DNA of 64,000 bases from Amphiscolops sp. MND2022 (lineage: Eukaryota): positions 63,862,001-63,926,000 of the forward strand of contig OZ076409.1 of assembly GCA_964187785.1 (NCBI GenBank), read 5' to 3'. The position numbers and the translations under genes are program-made. Shown here one piece after another: positions 1-12,077 of the stretch. Numbering within the stretch: the first letter of the stretch is position 1; every line of letters begins with the position of its first letter. The notes beneath the pieces are model-generated. The model did no database searches and was not told the DNA's origin. It saw only the letters and a list, made by a program, of their open reading frames with translations.

Positions 1-713
1 GACGAATTGTCGCTTTACTAAAGGCCCTGTATGTTCCACCGGATTTCGGCTTGAGAATTTTGTGAAGGTCATGTTCTTTCCGGATTGATAACGTCTAAGT
101 CTGATAAGCAAACTGTCCATCTTGCTCTGTATTGCTTGTGATGTCCTCTGTTCTGCATGAATGGAGGCAAGAATTAATAATCGATTTTTAGTGTAGCTTT
201 TACCATCCAGGTGAAAGCAGAATTTTTAAATCCCAATGGTTTTTCCAATTGTGCATTTGCGATTTGATGTGTGGAGAACTTTTGATGATGTTTTCCTCCT
301 CCATCCAATCCATTTCGATTCACTGTTTATCTTGCATTCTTTTCGATTGCATTTCTTTTCCGCATATGACTCTCTAGTATTCCATCATCTTTACGGAAAT
401 GATGTTTTCTGGGTCGTTGCTTCATCGATTGATATTTTTGAGACTGCTCATCATATATCGTTCATGAAATTTTGTTCCGTTCCCCAAAAATTCCGGGTCT
501 CTTTGTGGGCTGCTTTGAAGAACTCTGCTCGCAGGTGTTCTGGTCTGTCTTGTTAGATCTTTCCATCTTTGCGAGGATCAGACTCTTCAGATCACTTATC
601 TCTGACTGGAGGACTGAGAACTTTCGTTGTTATGTGTCCTTAATCTTAGTAATTTGAGTTGTTACGTCGATTTCCACAGAGACTTCATCAGTAGCAGCAT
701 TAGTGTCTGACAT
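1..713 (-). pseudogene. Degenerate gag-like N-terminus of a second LTR retrotransposon (runs off window)
   Basis: Minus frame from ATG at 713 reads MSDTNAATDEVSVEIDVTTQITKIKDT*QRKFSVLQSEISDLKSLILAKMERS with a stop. It has coiled-coil character like the SEIKNLLL segment of the large element and lies downstream of a TGG-initiated PBS-like site at 910. Confidence 0.35.
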
Positions 714-910
714 TATAACGTTTCCTTCAGTTGATCTATCAATTTCTGAACCAAGTTTTTTCCCTTCCTGAGTTTTCTATCTTGCTTTACTCTCATGTAA
801 GGAAGAAATGATGGAGTTGGTAAATGGCTTGAGTTAGAGTTAATTCGATAAAGAAGTTTTGCATTTGTGTTTTGTTAGTCCGTTTTCTGTCTAATATAAC
901 TTTACTCCCA

Positions 911-1568
911 TGTAAAACCAATCGCTCAAGATATCCTTAGCACATTAGTTTATGCTGAGTTTTACAGTACAGATATGAAACTATTATCAAAAGCACTTTG
1001 AGTCAGTTGTTTGTAAGTGACGATAAAAAGGCGAGGAATTGTTGCACAATTTGGTACAAATCCATACTTCATAGTTCGAGCAACTTGGGTTGGAAGAGTT
1101 GTAAACGATGCAAAGGCGATGATATAAAGGTTCAAAAGGTAAATAAAGAACAGAGGTCAGGCGATGGGAATCAGTTGAAAACGTCAAGTGATACCGAGAT
1201 AATATAAAAATGAGTTGCGATTTCAAAGGTAGGTTTGGCAACGTTTTGTTAAGTGGTCACAATGGTAAAACAAGTCTTGATGATTATTCAGTGATGGCTG
1301 CGTCTCCTTTGGCGAATCTTGCTTGTCATAATCGGATGGTACGACGCAATCCTTATCATCCTGACTCCATTTGTCTAATTCTGGGTTGGTGGTAATTGCT
1401 AGTCACGTGATGGTCGGTGGTGTGAATTGCGGCTGAATGGTGAAACTGATGTAATATCTATATATCTGATTAACTTTATGTGAGTCATCAGTATATATGG
1501 CTTTGCGAATTACCAGTGGCATCAAGGCATTTTCTGTAACATGATGTAAAAACAAAGAAACTTTTACA
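911..1568 (-). mobile_element. Possible 5' LTR
   Basis: Bounded by TGTAAAA (911) and TTTTACA (1562-1568) and followed on the minus strand by TGGGAGT. The second LTR is not in the window, so the boundary is tentative. Confidence 0.3.
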
Positions 1569-1814
1569 TGAGTTACATAAGGTTCCAAAAAACATCTAAT
1601 AGTCATGGTCATATAAACAATTTTCCTCACTGATGGGTTCACGATGGATTGTGAGAATCTGAGGCGTGGTGATTCATGTATTGATGCAAAACAGCACATT
1701 TACTCGCCTTCAACTTAATGAATTACACCAGATTATTTTTGCCTGTGCTTTTCAGGACAAATCGAGGTTGGTTTAAACCATCGATGAATTTGAGATAGCG
1801 TTCCCTTTCTGCTC

Positions 1815-2255
1815 AAACAAGTGGTAGTAACAACGGGTGCTCAAAAACGAGGGACACTTTTTGCTCGAAAAGTATGATTTCTCAGGTGAAAACATGGAAA
1901 AAACTGAAGAGAACCCTTTGGCCAAAGTGAATTCTTTTGAATGGTGCCCTACCCGAAAAAAAAAGCTAAAGAGAAGCCCTTCGGTCCCACATAGTTTCGA
2001 GGATACGGTAAATTTATAAAATTACTAAAGAGAAGCCCTTCGGTCCCACATAGTTTCGAGGATACGGTAAATTTATAAAATTACTCAAAGGAACACACTT
2101 CGTCCTTTTTGGGAACCCTTTGGCCTCTTTGGGTACCATTTAGAATTTGGGCGTAAAAAAAGTGTTAAAAGTGGACTATGCAGTGTGCGGTCTGGGGTCC
2201 AAAGGAAAAAACTGTAAAAGTCGGACTCTTTTTGTTACAAAAAGCGCCTACTAAT
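1815..2255. mobile_element. Family A non-autonomous element (Helentron/DINE-1-like), diverged copy
   Basis: Starts AAACAAG and ends AAGTCGGAC...AAAAGCGCCTACTAA like other family A copies. Confidence 0.5.
1966..2085. repeat. 59-bp perfect tandem duplication
   Basis: CTAAAGAGAAGCCCTTCGGTCCCACATAG...AAAATTA occurs at 1966 and at 2025. Confidence 0.95.
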
Positions 2256-3324
2256 GAGAAATATTAATTTCCGTTACTTTTCATGTAAGCACTGCTTCGT
2301 TCTGGTCTTCATTTGTCTAGCTCTGGCAAAGACGCAATATTTGGACAACCATGATGGTTGTTGATGAAATGACGCTTTCAAGCAATTGAATTCAAAAACT
2401 AAACAAACTTTTTGATATTATATTTTGATATTTACTCGATTGCCAATGGTCTTGGTTTTTATGAAGGTTTCAAAAATGAGATTTCCAGTGATGTAATAAC
2501 GTATAAAAGTAACAGTTCGCTGGAATGAAATTTTCCACATAAAAGATTGACGAGTCACTTGCTAACAAATTTGGAAACTAGCGGAAGTCAGGATTTTAGC
2601 CAGTTTCCTTACTTTCAATCAGTCATCAGTTATGGACTAGTGAAACCGTATATATTTTTCGTGATTGTCTCTCGAAAAGCTAAAGATAAATTTGCAGTCA
2701 TGAACATCAATCTCTACACACATTTTAATTGTAGGGCGGAAAAATGCTGGAAAAATACCCAGCTCTAAATAGAAGCAGTCATTTTTTGCGCTTTTACAGC
2801 AAGATTTCTTGGACAACGTATGAAGTTGATCTTGTTTGTTCTCTGATGCTATTGGAAGATTACTAAAGTGGTTGATAAAGTCTCCATGCGTGTTTTTTAT
2901 TCCGGTTTGAAGCTTCTTATTTTTGATGAATGTTTTGAGAATGATTAATGTTTGAAATTTCGTGATTTTTCCTTGCACTTCTCGGGTTAGATTGTTGTGA
3001 AAAATGAAGGGATTTTGGCGTTCAGTAGATTCCACATATTTCAATTTTGAGAGTGCTGTGATACGTGCGCAGCAGATGATACAAACTCCTCACTTTGCCT
3101 TAACGGATTCAACGGAAAATTTGTCGAACACATAATTAAAAATACATTGAAAGCAGAACCAATGAATAAAAGTGTTAACCCACATTTGTCACTGCAATGT
3201 TTCGGCAACTTTCTCTTGAAAACATTGTAAGCTTAGTATAGAGACAAACAGAGGACCTTTTTGGACTAAACTGGACTCTTCGTGGAACTTTTTTTGGTAT
3301 AAACTTTTCTGTACTCACTTTTTT

Positions 3325-3660
3325 AGCCATGCCTCAGTGTTCCAAGCCATGATACCTTGCCAAGATCCATGGCAAGTTTCTTGCTAGCCTTGCCATGATC
3401 ATGCCATGATTTTGGTAAAGATACCATGACCATGAAAGATCGTGCAAAGGCTGACCATGTTCTTGACAAGGGTTCTATAGTAGCAAATGCGATTTTTTTG
3501 GAAAATTCTGCACTCAACCTTTAGCTATTCATTTATATTCATTTAGATATCTCACTCAGATCAAAGACAAGCGTTCCATGTATCATGATTTGCCATATTC
3601 TTGACAAGGGTACCATGGTTAACCATGATTTAGCATGATCATGGCAAGCGTTCTATGGCT
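3325..3660. repeat. CCATG/CATGAT/CTTGCC-rich degenerate repeat
   Basis: Many copies of CCATGAT, CTTGCCA and TCTTGACAAGGG in both orientations. Confidence 0.6.
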
Positions 3661-6600
3661 TCGAACACTGTGGTAGCTTTCCTCTCCTCAAATGCAACTA
3701 ACGCAGTTGTTTGGTGCTCTAACTTGGAAGTGTTAGTTATGGGACCTACTTTGTTATTGGCGTAAGAGTCTTCATAAATGCCACAGCATAACTCGGAGCA
3801 GTCATTCATATCACGAGCTGTTTTCTCAGCCAAAATGACTGCTTTTCCTTCATCGGCGATTGCAGATAAATCGACCTCATGGTTCTCCAAATAGTCGAAG
3901 TCACACGAAGTCACATCTGCACTGGATAAGAAAATCTTTGTGCATGTAAAAAATAATAGTATGTTTGTAACATAGACAGGAAACTTGAGCAGACAGGTGC
4001 AAATCATTTCTGAGAAAACGTTGTGTCACGTGATATACTTCAATACTTCATTTTTAAATCAGAATAAGTGAAAAACAGGCTGTATATGAGGTTTATAAAA
4101 ATGAATCAGGTTTAACTTCATAAGAAACTTGTATATTTACGTGTAACAATGTTGTCTTGTATGAATTTATAGTATTTTGACTTTCATCCACTGTCTTTTT
4201 TCTGGTAACCTCGATGTGGGTGACTTATTTTATATTTGCCGCTTTTCAAGTGCATTCTAAATTTTCAGAGGAGTTTGCATCAAGTGATAGACTTGGTGTT
4301 AGTTTCAACGAAACCAGTCGTGCCTTTGTTCAAGCGTTCTGTTGATTTCTCAAATTGATTTATCCTATTTTTTCTATTGTTAGTACAAGGTTTTCTGGAT
4401 TTTCAGCTAAAAACCATACTTTCGTGTAGCGATTGTGAGTTTAAAGTGAAAGCGGAAAGATGTCTGCTGTCGGAGATATCTGCGAGCAAGATTGTGAAAA
4501 TTTTGTGTTTATTGACACTTTCTGTTTTTAATAAATTGATACTACATACTACGGTATATTACAACGATGGCACGCCTGGCTCTGAAATTATGGTACTCGC
4601 TGTGTCGTGAACTTCATGCAAAACAAACATTGCAGCATGCTGTGGAAGACAAGCAAAAGAGACATGAAAGACTCTTTTTTAGTTCGGTAGTAAAAGTGCA
4701 AGAAAGCTTTTATAGACACCATCAGCAATTGAATTACTCGATGCTCTTTCTCTTCTGAAGCTTGATTTGAATGGAAACGAAAAGCAGCGAGGTTGCCCAC
4801 TTTTCCGTTGAAACTTGGTTCTTGGTTAAGAATTACTTGTTTGCAGTAGACCAGCTTAAATTACTTTTGAGGAAAAGACCTTAAATTTCAGTATTGTATC
4901 ATTGAGAGACAAAACGCAAATCATCCGTGCAAGCGCGGTCGTCATAACCATTCCTACCACATAAAAATTTCCACGCTTCACATCCTTGAAACTTCTAAAG
5001 CTTCCATTTTGAATATCCAGATGTGAAAAACTTGGATCAAAGTTGATTTCCTTTGATAATTCGGTTTTGCTTTAGATGCGCATTTTCCAACACTCCGAAT
5101 TTTAATCAAACGAAAAGCGGCTTCCCAAATGGCCGCACTGGAAAGAAAGAGTAAAGCCAAGATTGTTCCAGCAGAAAGTTTAAACTAAACATTGCTGAGT
5201 GTGTCCTTGGATAACGGAAAACAAAGGACAACCCATTATAATCAATTCTGGGAACCCTATGACGTCGTAATAGTTGACTTTTTTGTCTTGTGAATAGCTC
5301 AACCTATATACTTTCACTTTCTTTGAAATTTCCTTCATATATCATGAAACTGATCAGACTCGCTTTGTTCCAGGGTTCGTTATCTTTGCTAACACACCCA
5401 CAGCAACTTGTAAGATAAAGTTTTGATAGAAAACGAATACTGTCGTTTGAGCGATTGATGAGTGACGGATATGTGCTTTCCTACTAGCTTCAGAAGAGTG
5501 AACCCAGTGTCTGACATCTCAGCAGAGTTGGAACCAAGCACGTAATTAAATGTTGCCGGGCCGGCCGGGCGGGCTTATAGCCATGCTTTTTCGAGCTTGA
5601 ATGGTTTCGGGCCGAGTGTAATAATTCGGAAAATAAATCGAAAATTTGTACATTAAACTGGGCTATATAATTTCCACCAGTGCTCAAAATGATGCTCTTA
5701 TTCGCGCAGCTCCTAGAGCCCAGATGTCGGCCAAAAAACTGTCTGATGTTGAATTTTGGAATTCTGTTGTAAAAATGGGATTTTTGAATTCTCATGATGC
5801 TTATACCTGACCTGATTATCATTTACAATTTACTTTCCGGTATCAAATTCATTTTCGGTAAGTTTCGTCGGGTATTAAAAATGTTCCAAAATATCGGGTC
5901 GTGTTAGGATTTTTGAAAAGGGCTCGGCCTCAAGCAGAAACGTTCAATAGTCTGAAGAAGGTGCTACAAAAAAACTTTACACAAAGGTGAAAGAACTAAA
6001 AAGATGAATGAAAGTTTGAGAAAAATGAAAACCTGCATTTTTGGCAGAAACCCGAAGGCGTCATACTTCATGACGAAAACTTTGATGGTACAAAAAGAAG
6101 CCTACACCTTGCCTCACTTTGTGAGGGAGAATGGTTTTCCCATCTGTTTTCTGTTTTGAGTTCTGAGAAAACTCAGCTAGAAGTTGGAAAAAATGGAAAA
6201 AAAATCATAAAATTTTTTCTTTTTTTCTTTACCTTATTTGTTCAAAAAAAACGAGAGCGAAAAAAATTTCGCCGTCATTTTTAGCCTAACACATAGCCTA
6301 CAGAAGCCTCGTAGAATTACCGAAACCATGAACCCCATATTTGGTCTCGGTCATGAGATATAGGAGATTAAGTTCAAGAGAACCAAGAAATTTTTTTAAA
6401 AATTAAGTATTTTTGGCAGTCAAAAGTAGCGCTTTTTCAAAAAACCCATTAGGCCGAATTTTCTTTGAATTTTTGTCGACGAAAACGTAGCCTAGGATCT
6501 TGTGCAACTTTTAGCGAAGAATGGTATTCAATAGTTCATATCTATTCTCGGGTTCCAGAAATTTGCCACACAAGTTTGAAAAATTGGCAGATGTCACGAA

Positions 6601-6942
6601 ATCTTCGAAAAAAACGTCACTATATGGGCACCTCGCAAAGCTCGAGCCAATAAGGATTAGAAAAGATTTCGAACCTTTGGCAGTCAACGTCAGGCTGTCA
6701 GTTATCTCAACATTGTTTTAGAATTGACTGGCCAAAATAAGGGGTTCGAGAACTGAAAAACATAAAAACCGACAACAACTTAGGTCAAGATATCAGTTTT
6801 CGAGCATTTTCATAGTCGTGAATGACCAAAAACAAGACTTTTGACATCAACAGAGCAACCTGCGTACATGTGAAAACAACTCAATCGAAAACGATGAGAC
6901 AATTATAAGTTGAAATCTTGTAGAACCTCGGCATGATTTCAG

Positions 6943-8358
6943 CATGGCTGTAAAATATCGTATCGCGCTACTTTTGTCATCAAGCGATAGATAATCGATA
7001 TCGGAGCTTCCTAACGATAGATTTATTGATATATCGAAAACACGCTCAACTATTTTCATTATATAAATCTTTGAAAGACTTCATAATTGAATACTCAACA
7101 ATACAAAATAGAAAAATTCAACTTTCCAAGTTCATGGGGGTTGTGCATTTTCGATAGTCGGAGAAGACAAATTTTGCCCGACTGAATAATCTCAACTCGA
7201 ATCGATGTACAGGATATCCAGCTCACGTTGAAATCGTCATTTTTCAAGGTAACATTGACTAAACTTGCTTCTGCATGAGATTGACTTTTCGTATCATCAA
7301 TAATAACTTCTTTTGATAAAATTGATATCGAACTATTTTGTCGACCTGAAAGTTCGAGGCCTGTGATTTTGTTGGCTATACCGAGTTCAAAATCTGGAGA
7401 GTGGGAAAGCGAAGTTGGGCCCGATCTAATATGCCTTTCAAGTCCCTCATAAAATGTTTGCATGAAAACACTCGAAATCAGCGGTAGGGAAGTATTAATT
7501 GCAAGTCAAAGTGCCACTTTTTCAATATTGAGTCCGCGCAATCATCTTCATTGCTCTCATTTGGCCCAATACCAGGATGTGCCAATACAACTTTGCCAAT
7601 AAAATTTGTCTCGGAGTCAATTTTTACAAGGATCCAAAAACTCGTGCAATCGACACACTATGAACACTTAACTGATTTTCGTTTCAATTTTTGAAAATAC
7701 TCGAAATCACACTTAATAAATTGAACTTTAGTGTTTCCAAAACATTTGAATTCAATTTTGTTAATTATACGTGATTTGTGTGATTTTAATAGCAGAAAAG
7801 TTTCCTCCCTGATCAATATGACTTGCTTGTTTATTTAGTCTCGCTTCGAAGCTCATTTCCTATTGATCAACGAAAGTAGTACTTGGTTCATGCAGTTGTA
7901 CAAATTTCGCTTCACAATTTCTATCATCGCTTGTGTGATTATACGCCTTGCGTTTTCTTCATTCAATCCTTCGACTGTTTGCGTTCTTCATTTCTCATTC
8001 TGATTGTTATGGAAGATGTAAACTGAAACAGTTGATCAAACAGACTTGGTTTCAGCTCTCGACTTTTTTCCATTTTGCCAAAGATTATGATGTATTGGGT
8101 CAGCTATGTCGTATTTGATTTTAAACCAATACTGGGATAACTGAAATCCAGGGCTGTAAAATCGATTATCGAATTAAGGATATACCGATATATCGCGATA
8201 AGACTATTTGCGATCGAAATTCTATTTTAATGGAACGCGCCATACGATATAACGTTATATCGTATGGCGCGTTCCATTAAAATAGAATTTCGATCGCAAA
8301 TAGTCTTATCGCGATATATCGGTATATCCTTAATTCGATAATCGATTTTACAGCCCTG
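6943..8358 (-). mobile_element. Non-autonomous hAT DNA transposon
   Basis: Terminal inverted repeats (TIRs) CATGGCTGTAAAA (6943) and TTTTACAGCCCTG (ending 8358). Perfect 8-bp TSD GATTTCAG at 6935-6942 and 8359-8366. Confidence 0.85.
7095..7463 (-). pseudogene. hAT transposase C-terminal (dimerisation domain) remnant
   Basis: HSPDFELGI motif. With one frameshift it reads WISCTSIRVE(R)LFSRAKFVFSDYRKCTTPMNLE, matching the hAT 'S..VERLFS' motif. Confidence 0.75.
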
Positions 8359-8624
8359 GATTTCAGTTATCCCAGTATTGGTTTAAAATCAAATACGACA
8401 TAGCTGACCCAATACATCATAATCTTTGGCAAAATTGAAAAAAGTCGAGAGCTGAAACCAAGTCTGTTTGATCAACTGTTTCAGTTTACATCTTCCATAA
8501 CAATCAGAATGAGAAATGAAGAACGCAAACAGTCGAAGGATTGAATGAAGAAAACGCAAGGCGTATAATCACACAAGCGATGATAGAAATTGTGAAGCGA
8601 AATTTGTACAACTGCATGAACCAA
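7883..8624. repeat. 742-bp spacerless near-perfect palindrome (371-bp arms)
   Basis: Centre GATATAAC|GTTATATC at 8253/8254; I saw one mismatch, near 8070/8437. Confidence 0.95.
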
Positions 8625-8887
8625 TTCACCCAAACAGTAGCCTTTCTTTCGAGGTATAGAAATGTTAAACTTCTTATTAGGACATCAAACAATAAGTGAA
8701 ACGAATTGCAGGTAATAGTCGTAGAACAAGGGAAACCATTTTACCCCATATAGTAGTACTTCATTCAAGACGTCAAGTTTGGTAAGGAAGAACCAAGTGA
8801 AGAGCAAAAAAGAGCACCATAATAAATAGAAAAAAGACCGTAGGAGCTTTCGGTAACAAATACGCAGTGAGCAATTGGCACCAGCTT

Positions 8888-10009
8888 CAGGTGCCAATAT
8901 CAAAAATTGAGCAGCCTAAAATTAGACCTATTATCGGTTGCTACCGCAGTGGCTTTAACTTTAATTATAGTCGCCAAATAGACGCGGATTGTGATTGTTC
9001 ACCTACTGATGTAAATACTTTTCAGATCAATTTTAGCAACTAACAAGGCCAGTCGCAAAAGACGCAGTAATGAAATATTTTCATCAAACCCCCGATTCTG
9101 ATAGTCAGTGAAATGTGTCTGTGGTAAAGTCTTGAAACTAACGGGACATTTGAGGCAGCATACATCTCTGGAGCCTGTCTTGAGAAATGAAACGAGATGG
9201 TCTGGTAACTTTCAGATGGTTGACCGGTACTTGAAAATGGTAGACGCGTTATCAAAACCGGAAATTTCTAACAATTCGACAGTTATGGATGACATACCAA
9301 CAGCAAGGGAAAATTCAATTCTCGGAGAAATACATCAAAGCATGCAGAAATTGAACTCGGTCACACTGGCTCTCCAAAAAGAAAACACTGACATTTCTGA
9401 TATTAGAATACTGTTTGATGAAATTATCAAAGATTTTCCTGGATTGGCGTCGCATTGTGGAACAGAGTTTCCAATTGTGCACAACAAGGATTTCGAAAAT
9501 GCGCTTGTAAAAAATTTAAACAACAGGGAAGAAGATTTGAAAGACATCGAAAAGGACGCATTTGCTCTTTTAAAATGTTCAAACGGGCAGCCACGATCGA
9601 CTGTCACTGCCAGTTCTTGTAGTGATTTTGCTAAAGACCTCCGCAAGAAAAGAAAATTAGAGCGAAAATTTTCAGAGTACATGAAAGTCAATTTCATTCT
9701 TCCAACCTCAAACCTAGTGGAGAGATTTTTTAGTACCGCAACTTACGCATACAGTTGTCTGAAAAGAAAATTTTGCCATACAACCTGGAAATGCAGCTTT
9801 TTTTGAAGCTGAACCAAAGATTTTGAGACGAAAAACTGGTATCATCCGTATTGTAACTGTGTAGATATTAGTCTCTCAGGACTGTTTTAGATTTGCAATT
9901 AATTGCAAATAATTGCAATTATTAGGTTTCCTAATAAGCAATTAAAATTAATTGACTTTTAGCTTCGGAGTGTTTTCAATTAAGTGCATTTAATTTTTGA
10001 TACCCCCTG
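8888..10009 (+). mobile_element. Internally deleted hAT DNA transposon
   Basis: Imperfect TIRs CAGG..TATCAAAAATT and AATTTTTGATACCCCCTG. 8-bp TSD ACCAGCTT (8880-8887) / ACCAGCTC (10010-10017). Confidence 0.75.
9108..9806 (+). pseudogene. hAT transposase, 5'-truncated, frameshifted at C-terminus
   Basis: Motifs LRNETRWSG (TRW), TLALQKE and LPTSNLVERFFS (hAT dimerisation). Confidence 0.85.
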
Positions 10010-11299
10010 ACCAGCTCCTATAATGCCTACTCTCATAATGTCAGCAGGTCTAATCACTTCACATACAAATTTCAGAAAACGTTTATCGGCAAAAATAAAA
10101 GAACAGAATTCAGGGAATCATACCCTAACAAATCAAATGAGGATTGTTCAGAAATATGAACAGTGCAAATTACAAACCAATATACCCCAATCAGCTTCGA
10201 ATATCAATCAGAAGAAGAAACTCTATTCAGTTCTCAATGAAAGTGTAAATATTTATCGAGTTTAATTTCAGACTTCCCTGCTGATTCAGTGCCTGCATTT
10301 TGTCTGAAAAACATCTTTGGAAGCTATTTAGCATTCCCGTCAGTTATGACAGGATCGTCGCCTCTCGAAATCTTATTGGTTTCGCTGTGTAACACCACGA
10401 ACAATTCCTAATAAAAATTTTTGTGATTTGAAAAACTTCTAGTAAGAAAAGTTTTATGAAAAACCTCAGTGTTTTTAATTTCAGCATCTGAATCCATAAC
10501 GAATTCTGATTCATCTGACAAAGTGAAAACTTCTAATACAAATGTTGCAAAAAAAGCGCAGTGATACCGTGTTGTTTTCGTATACCGCTACAACACAAGA
10601 TGTCAAAAAATGAACTTTTCAGTACAAATAAAAGAACCTGAATTTATGATCTTTCCCGATGAATTTGCCTCTTAAAAAAGAAGCGAATTGCCGAAACTAC
10701 CTGAGGATGTGATCTTTTAGGCTAAAAAATACGGTCTCTCAACTGAAAACATCGGAAAACCAAATCAATGATTCTCCAGTGGAATGGAAAAAACTTTTAT
10801 GAAAAGTCGAATAGAGCCGTAAAAAAACTGTAAATCTTTTACACCAAAAAGAACACCCTTAAGACTAGGAAAATATATTTTCTAAACAGAACGTGTCTAA
10901 CAATCAATCATTAGGAAAAATAGTGTTAAAAATTCCATCGGTGAGTCACATAGTTTCAAAAAGCCCTTCGGTCTCACCTTCAAATTTCCAAGCTTTACAC
11001 AATTGGTCCAGCGCGGGACTTGAACCCCCGTATACGGAGAGAAGCTCACCGAACACGTAAAGAAATCCGCAATAACCGTTAGGCCATGTCGCATATGAAT
11101 TGTGAAGTTATAGAAGTTATTACAGAAGGTGGTGGAGAAAAAGCAAAACATTCATTGACTAAAACTAAGATCTTTGGTTCCTGGAGAAAACAAAAATAAG
11201 GCATCAGCTGATGCCGAAACAAGCAGTGAGTATGGATGCGAAGATGATGTTACGAACGGAGTAGCAGTAGCAGATTTGCAGTTTAAACTGAATGTCGAA

Positions 11300-11802
11300 T
11301 TTTAGTCGGTGCTTTTCTCAAGAAAAGAGTCGACTATAGTCATGGCTTTGGATTTTTTTCAATATTGGGAGATTCTTGTTCAACTTAACTGAACAGCTTT
11401 TTTATTTTCAATACTTTATCATACTTCGTTAAAACTTTTTTTGGCTCTGTGCGTTTTTTTTTCCGAAACTTTCATTTGGGTTTTATAGCGGTTTTATAAA
11501 CTTTTATAGCTTTCATAGCGGATTTATTTCGGCTTGAGAAAAGGTAGTTTTCGAGCTGAAAGTTCTTTTCTTGGCGCCATGAGACTTTTTCGGAAAAAAA
11601 TGAAGTTTTCTTCGGAAAAAAAATTTCGTTTCCAGTTGGGGGAAATGTGGTTTCCGAGTCTTATGGTATACTTTGGGTTTTTCGGAACTGTGAATGTGAT
11701 GAAAGTTTAAAAAAGTGTTCTTTGTATATTTTGTATATTCAAGATCTTTGTATATTCAAGAAACTTGAGCAGGGCGCCGATTTGAGCCGGTCCCAGCTTG
11801 GT
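11300..11802. mobile_element. Family A Helentron/DINE-1-like element (inverted copy)
   Basis: TTTTAGTCGGTGCTTTT at the left end; GGCGCCGATTTGAGCCGGTCCCAGCTTGGT at the right end. Confidence 0.65.
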
Positions 11803-11961
11803 CACGATTGTTTCAGTAGACGCAAGTTTTTTTTCTTTCCGGAGATGTTTTATTTTTTCTGATTCTTTTATATTCAGAAGTGCCAAAATTAGTAGTTCAA
11901 CGGGTTTTTAATTCGAATGTGCGAAAATAGGAAATTCGGTATTACCACTCAGGCATATGCC

Positions 11962-12077
11962 ACCTAATTTACATTTACTTAGTTAATGGCTGAATGGTTA
12001 GTTACTGAATGGTTATAATATTATAACCATTCAGTAACTAACCATTCAGCCATTAACTAAGTAAATGTAAATTAGGT
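11962..12077. repeat. 116-bp perfect spacerless palindrome
   Basis: ACCTAATTTAC...GGTTATAAT|ATTATAACC...GTAAATTAGGT, centre at 12019/12020. Confidence 0.95.

Noticed and set aside
2637..4007. Cys-containing minus-strand ORFs (CDFDY..DCSELCC) as a secreted MANEC/PAN-like gene
   Set aside because: The resemblance is only faint and I could not build a consistent exon model.
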